64,000 nucleotides of DNA, taken from IMG/VR virus record IMGVR_UViG_3300037808_002146, one strand, 5' to 3'. The translations under genes and the position numbers were made by a program. This stretch comes from a virus (taxonomy: Duplodnaviria; Caudoviricetes). Shown here piece by piece: positions 61,925 to 64,000 of the stretch; positions within the stretch are counted from its first letter, which is position 1, and each line of letters begins with the position of its first letter. Under the pieces are notes generated by a model. The model was not told the DNA's origin. It did not search any database and saw only the letters and a list, made by a program, of their open reading frames with translations.

Positions 61925-64000
61925 ACTGGCGCTTGAGTTAGCAAACTTAAAAATTTCTGTATTGTTGTAAGCGTCTTGAATTGTTACTTTAGTGTTTATA
62001 GATGGCAAAGCAGTTTGATTTGTAGAATGGAGCTTTATGGTTCCTGTTGCTAAAATTCCGCTGTTTACGCCACCCGAAATCTCTGGATATCCTGGCTCAA
62101 TCCTGCTACCGGATAGCGGAGCAGAAAGTAATGTAGGCCTACCGATTATAGTCCCGTCTGGTCGAGGTGTTTCCTTTATCGTACTCAAACTTCCAGAAAA
62201 ATTTAAAAGAGTTGACATTTCTGTTATTTTTTGTCTAGAAGTACCTAACCTAAATTCATCCACCCCATTATATTCTACTAACCTGAATAGTCTATCTGGT
62301 TCTATGCCGGCGGATCGAAATATAGATTCAATAGCATATTTAGTTCCTTTAGATTTGAATATATGACTTATATTTTTTAATACTCTTCTCCATATTAAAT
62401 TTTGTACTTCTGACAGGCTTTTTTCATATATGCTATATTCTAACCCTAGATTTTCTTTACCTAAAAATTGTTCTAACGCAACATCACCAAACACTTTTGG
62501 CAATTCAAACCCATAGTATTTCGCTAAGTCTGGTAAAAATGCGTCAGCTACGCCTTCAACTCCTAGATAGTCGGGATTCAAAAACTGAGATACTTGATCA
62601 ATGTACATTTTATACTGGTCTAACTCTTCAGCCATATAATAAAGGAACATTGAAATCAATTGAGCATGGCCGAGTCTTCCCGATTTTGGCAAATTAGAAT
62701 AAGAACTATAAGATTCTACGATATCTCCGTCTACAGTAGAGCCTTCTAAATAAGCTCCTTCTTGCAGATAATGGTTTGGTACCAGCTTGGTAATCAAATT
62801 CGGATTATTCACATCATATAAAGTTGCTTTTTGTAAAAGTTTTGAGTTGAGGCTTATTACTTCTGGGGAGCTTGGAAAAAGTACAGGGTTATAATGAGAG
62901 TCTTCCAAAAACATTGGATTATCGACTTCATGGGGCAGTCTCATCGCTTCTTTGTAGTTAGATATTTGAGTGTGCAAACTATTGCCACTGTGATCTAAAG
63001 CTAGATTGTTGTTTGTATGTGATCCTGTTGGCTCATTAAACTTAAAGTAAAGTTTTAAGCTATCATGAGCAAATATATTTCGGCGTGAATAGTAACTAAC
63101 TTCGTCAAGATCTCTAATACCATGAAATAACCTGAATTCGTCTAGAGAGCCGCTGAATGTTGATGATTTATTGAATACGAGGTTGTTATTTCCAGCATCT
63201 AAGTTTTCTCCATCACCAATTTTTAATTTTTGATTTCCTGTGTTGATAATACCATAATCGAAAAAATCGCTAGTAGATAAAACTGTTGAACCTGAGAGAA
63301 TTTTTAGTGTTTGTTGTTCTGTCCTATTATCATACTGAAAAGATAAGTTATGCCACTTTCCTTTTTTTATTGTGTAACTAGCACTAGCGTAATTATAGCT
63401 GCCACTCATAAGAGCAAAATTAACTTTGCAGTTTTTTGACGATGCTGTTTGATTAAAAAAAACAGCATACCCAGAATTTTCGCCTGCCGTTGAATTTATA
63501 CTATGAAACAAAAAGCTGTTTCCGTTAGATTCTTCAGGTAATCTTAAACAGCACTCTATAGAAAAGGAGTTATTTCGAGGGTTAATATGAGATACGCCTT
63601 GTTCACCTTTTAATAGGGTTTGGCTATAATCGCCAGACTTATCTTTTACCTCAATGTATTGACTACTAGAAGAATCAAAGGTCAAAAAACCTCTACTCTT
63701 TGGGAATTTATTAAACACATGTTTTTCGAGAGAAGATAAATTGTCTTCAAATGTTTCGATTTCTTCTAATGTTCCATCAAAGGGATATTCGTTAATAATT
63801 TTATTAAAAGCGACATTTATCTTTGCTTCAGCAGATCCAAAAAAAGTATTATTTTGAAAAAGAGAATTATCAACCGGGAGCTGCTGAGTTGAAATTAATC
63901 CATTGCCAGCTTCCTTTCTTTTAAAACTAGATTCGCTAGTGTTAACGCTGGTTTTTGTTAATTTTTTTTGATTTTGATCTAAGAGTATCCCTGTTGTAGT
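59645..64000 (-). CDS. Baseplate wedge-like protein (P2 gpI/T4 gp7-like region + LamG domains), 5'-truncated (>=1451 aa)
   Basis: The frame stays open from the track's GTG (63718) to 64000 (…STQQLPVD…FFGSAEAKINVAFNKIINEYPFDG…), so the true start is off-window. FLPDLAKYYGFELP and FKSKGTKYAIESIF match gpI-like baseplate motifs. Two LamG-like domains. Confidence 0.7.
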   Translation of the reverse strand, partial: TTTGILLDQNQKKLTKTSVNTSESSFKRKEAGNGLISTQQLPVDNSLFQNNTFFGSAEAKINVAFNKIINEYPFDGTLEEIETFEDNLSSLEKHVFNKFPKSRGFLTFDSSSSQYIEVKDKSGDYSQTLLKGEQGVSHINPRNNSFSIECCLRLPEESNGNSFLFHSINSTAGENSGYAVFFNQTASSKNCKVNFALMSGSYNYASASYTIKKGKWHNLSFQYDNRTEQQTLKILSGSTVLSTSDFFDYGIINTGNQKLKIGDGENLDAGNNNLVFNKSSTFSGSLDEFRLFHGIRDLDEVSYYSRRNIFAHDSLKLYFKFNEPTGSHTNNNLALDHSGNSLHTQISNYKEAMRLPHEVDNPMFLEDSHYNPVLFPSSPEVISLNSKLLQKATLYDVNNPNLITKLVPNHYLQEGAYLEGSTVDGDIVESYSSYSNLPKSGRLGHAQLISMFLYYMAEELDQYKMYIDQVSQFLNPDYLGVEGVADAFLPDLAKYYGFELPKVFGDVALEQFLGKENLGLEYSIYEKSLSEVQNLIWRRVLKNISHIFKSKGTKYAIESIFRSAGIEPDRLFRLVEYNGVDEFRLGTSRQKITEMSTLLNFSGSLSTIKETPRPDGTIIGRPTLLSAPLSGSRIEPGYPEISGGVNSGILATGTIKLHSTNQTALPSINTKVTIQDAYNNTEIFKFANSSASDKATSTLTVTDGDAIHGMTAGQKITIQSAAGTIADYFVSDTNDGGVAHLGIIANNALLKTTGNIRATLTPGAHKAIAVGFNLGAALAAGIDQAEFLGLLKAAIEHANGHDGKITVSAAPSAADGNQSITITQTTAGNIGNKSITNNISNLTPTNFSGGSIVINRQAGGSNKTTMQLVTDISTAITTAFPNSFNVETKNSAAGTNLDTIKITTKGFNRRNLGNHTISMAPSDSNLTLSGFSSGKGMVRANTPGYSYAGISASPNDGLFTSGSWTVEGIYQFPSNLSNESRRSLSRIVTQGVTPGQNFKDKHAVLSNLVLSPFGNELTLYVRNSQTNTAPVLKTILTGANCLDGKKWHITYGRRRNDDMNQPVSSSYFIRAASLDFDKLSTFIVTGSFFDEGLANDNMFQNLKHESENYNPPQILIGSQSMVDPAGNSMFINDSAVINHARTSYFDGKVGHIRFWSKYLTVTESIEHARNFKSVGVDNPLVSNTFSTSMSGSFQKLRLNISTDQPEMKSNPFGKLNFLDFSQTFTLDNQEKISNGTYTSLSGALGFGFEVNNKIVHNERFDYTIISPFFDEYLDSDKIKIAGFSDGSNIKLYNSKIAPVTEVLPFEKKANDNRFEVQIHLQRGLDEDIMNIFSAIDALDDALGKPELVFAQEYPDLRNMRNLYFNRLTEKVNYRNFFDLFRWLDDAFSDMIERLVPRNNNFLGINLIIESHALERYKVAYGHQEIYKGEDERSKLRSKILVSQRSGVIRRF

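Larger units (their letters stand above)
1..64000 (-). mobile_element. Segment of a large tailed bacteriophage genome (virion morphogenesis region plus recombination/replication genes)
   Basis: All credible CDS are co-oriented with near-zero intergenic gaps. There are giant LamG/fibre-type proteins, a P2 gpI/T4 gp7-like baseplate motif, phage-type primase, RuvC and SbcCD, Shine-Dalgarno sites and an intrinsic terminator. No cellular housekeeping genes are present. Confidence 0.9.

Noticed and set aside
314-62697. Numerous 60-180 aa plus-strand ORFs in the track
   Set aside because: All lie antisense to long minus-strand genes, lack SD sites and recognisable motifs, and read as codon shadows.
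1-64000. Alternative genetic code (TAG/TGA recoding)
   Set aside because: The standard code already gives near-complete coding density with multi-kb ORFs, and TAA, TGA and TAG all end genes at sensible junctions.
26680-64000. Diversity-generating retroelement or invertase-driven fibre switching
   Set aside because: No reverse transcriptase, adenine-specific TR/VR pair, invertase or inverted gene segment is visible. Repeats differ at synonymous sites of all bases.
1-64000. CRISPR arrays, tRNA/rRNA genes, integrase, IS elements, inteins
   Set aside because: Intergenic gaps are too short and show no regular repeats or cloverleafs. I saw no corresponding protein motifs.
1-64000. Apparent abundance of CTAG/TCTAGA sites
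   Set aside because: This is a visual impression only and needs a Markov-normalised tetranucleotide count before any host or restriction inference.

Overview
The window is an AT-rich segment of a large tailed dsDNA bacteriophage genome. It looks like an uncultured Caudoviricetes, probably with a contractile tail. Every credible gene is on the minus strand, tightly packed and mostly translationally coupled. About 60 kb (3681 to >64000) encodes tail, baseplate and fibre-like virion proteins of up to 4671 aa. Downstream sit RuvC, a DnaG-type primase and a single fused SbcD-SbcC (Mre11-Rad50) ORF that the ORF track missed because it runs off the left edge. The last gene also runs off the right edge and is longer than the track shows. 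I found no capsid, portal, terminase, sheath, integrase, tRNA or CRISPR. The most striking signal is a ~130-160 aa 'plug-in' module running from A-T-x-T-[LI]-T-[VI] through an amphipathic helix 'L..AIN/E' and TQxxxGxxGN to FxGG. It recurs in at least five structural genes, is inserted inside copies of itself up to three levels deep, and carries LamG and other passenger domains. Four adjacent fibre genes share N-terminal anchor and C-terminal tip domains combinatorially. A candidate late-promoter motif ATANTTA(T/A) and a UUCG-loop intrinsic terminator are also visible. All family assignments come from motif recognition by eye; no database search was run.
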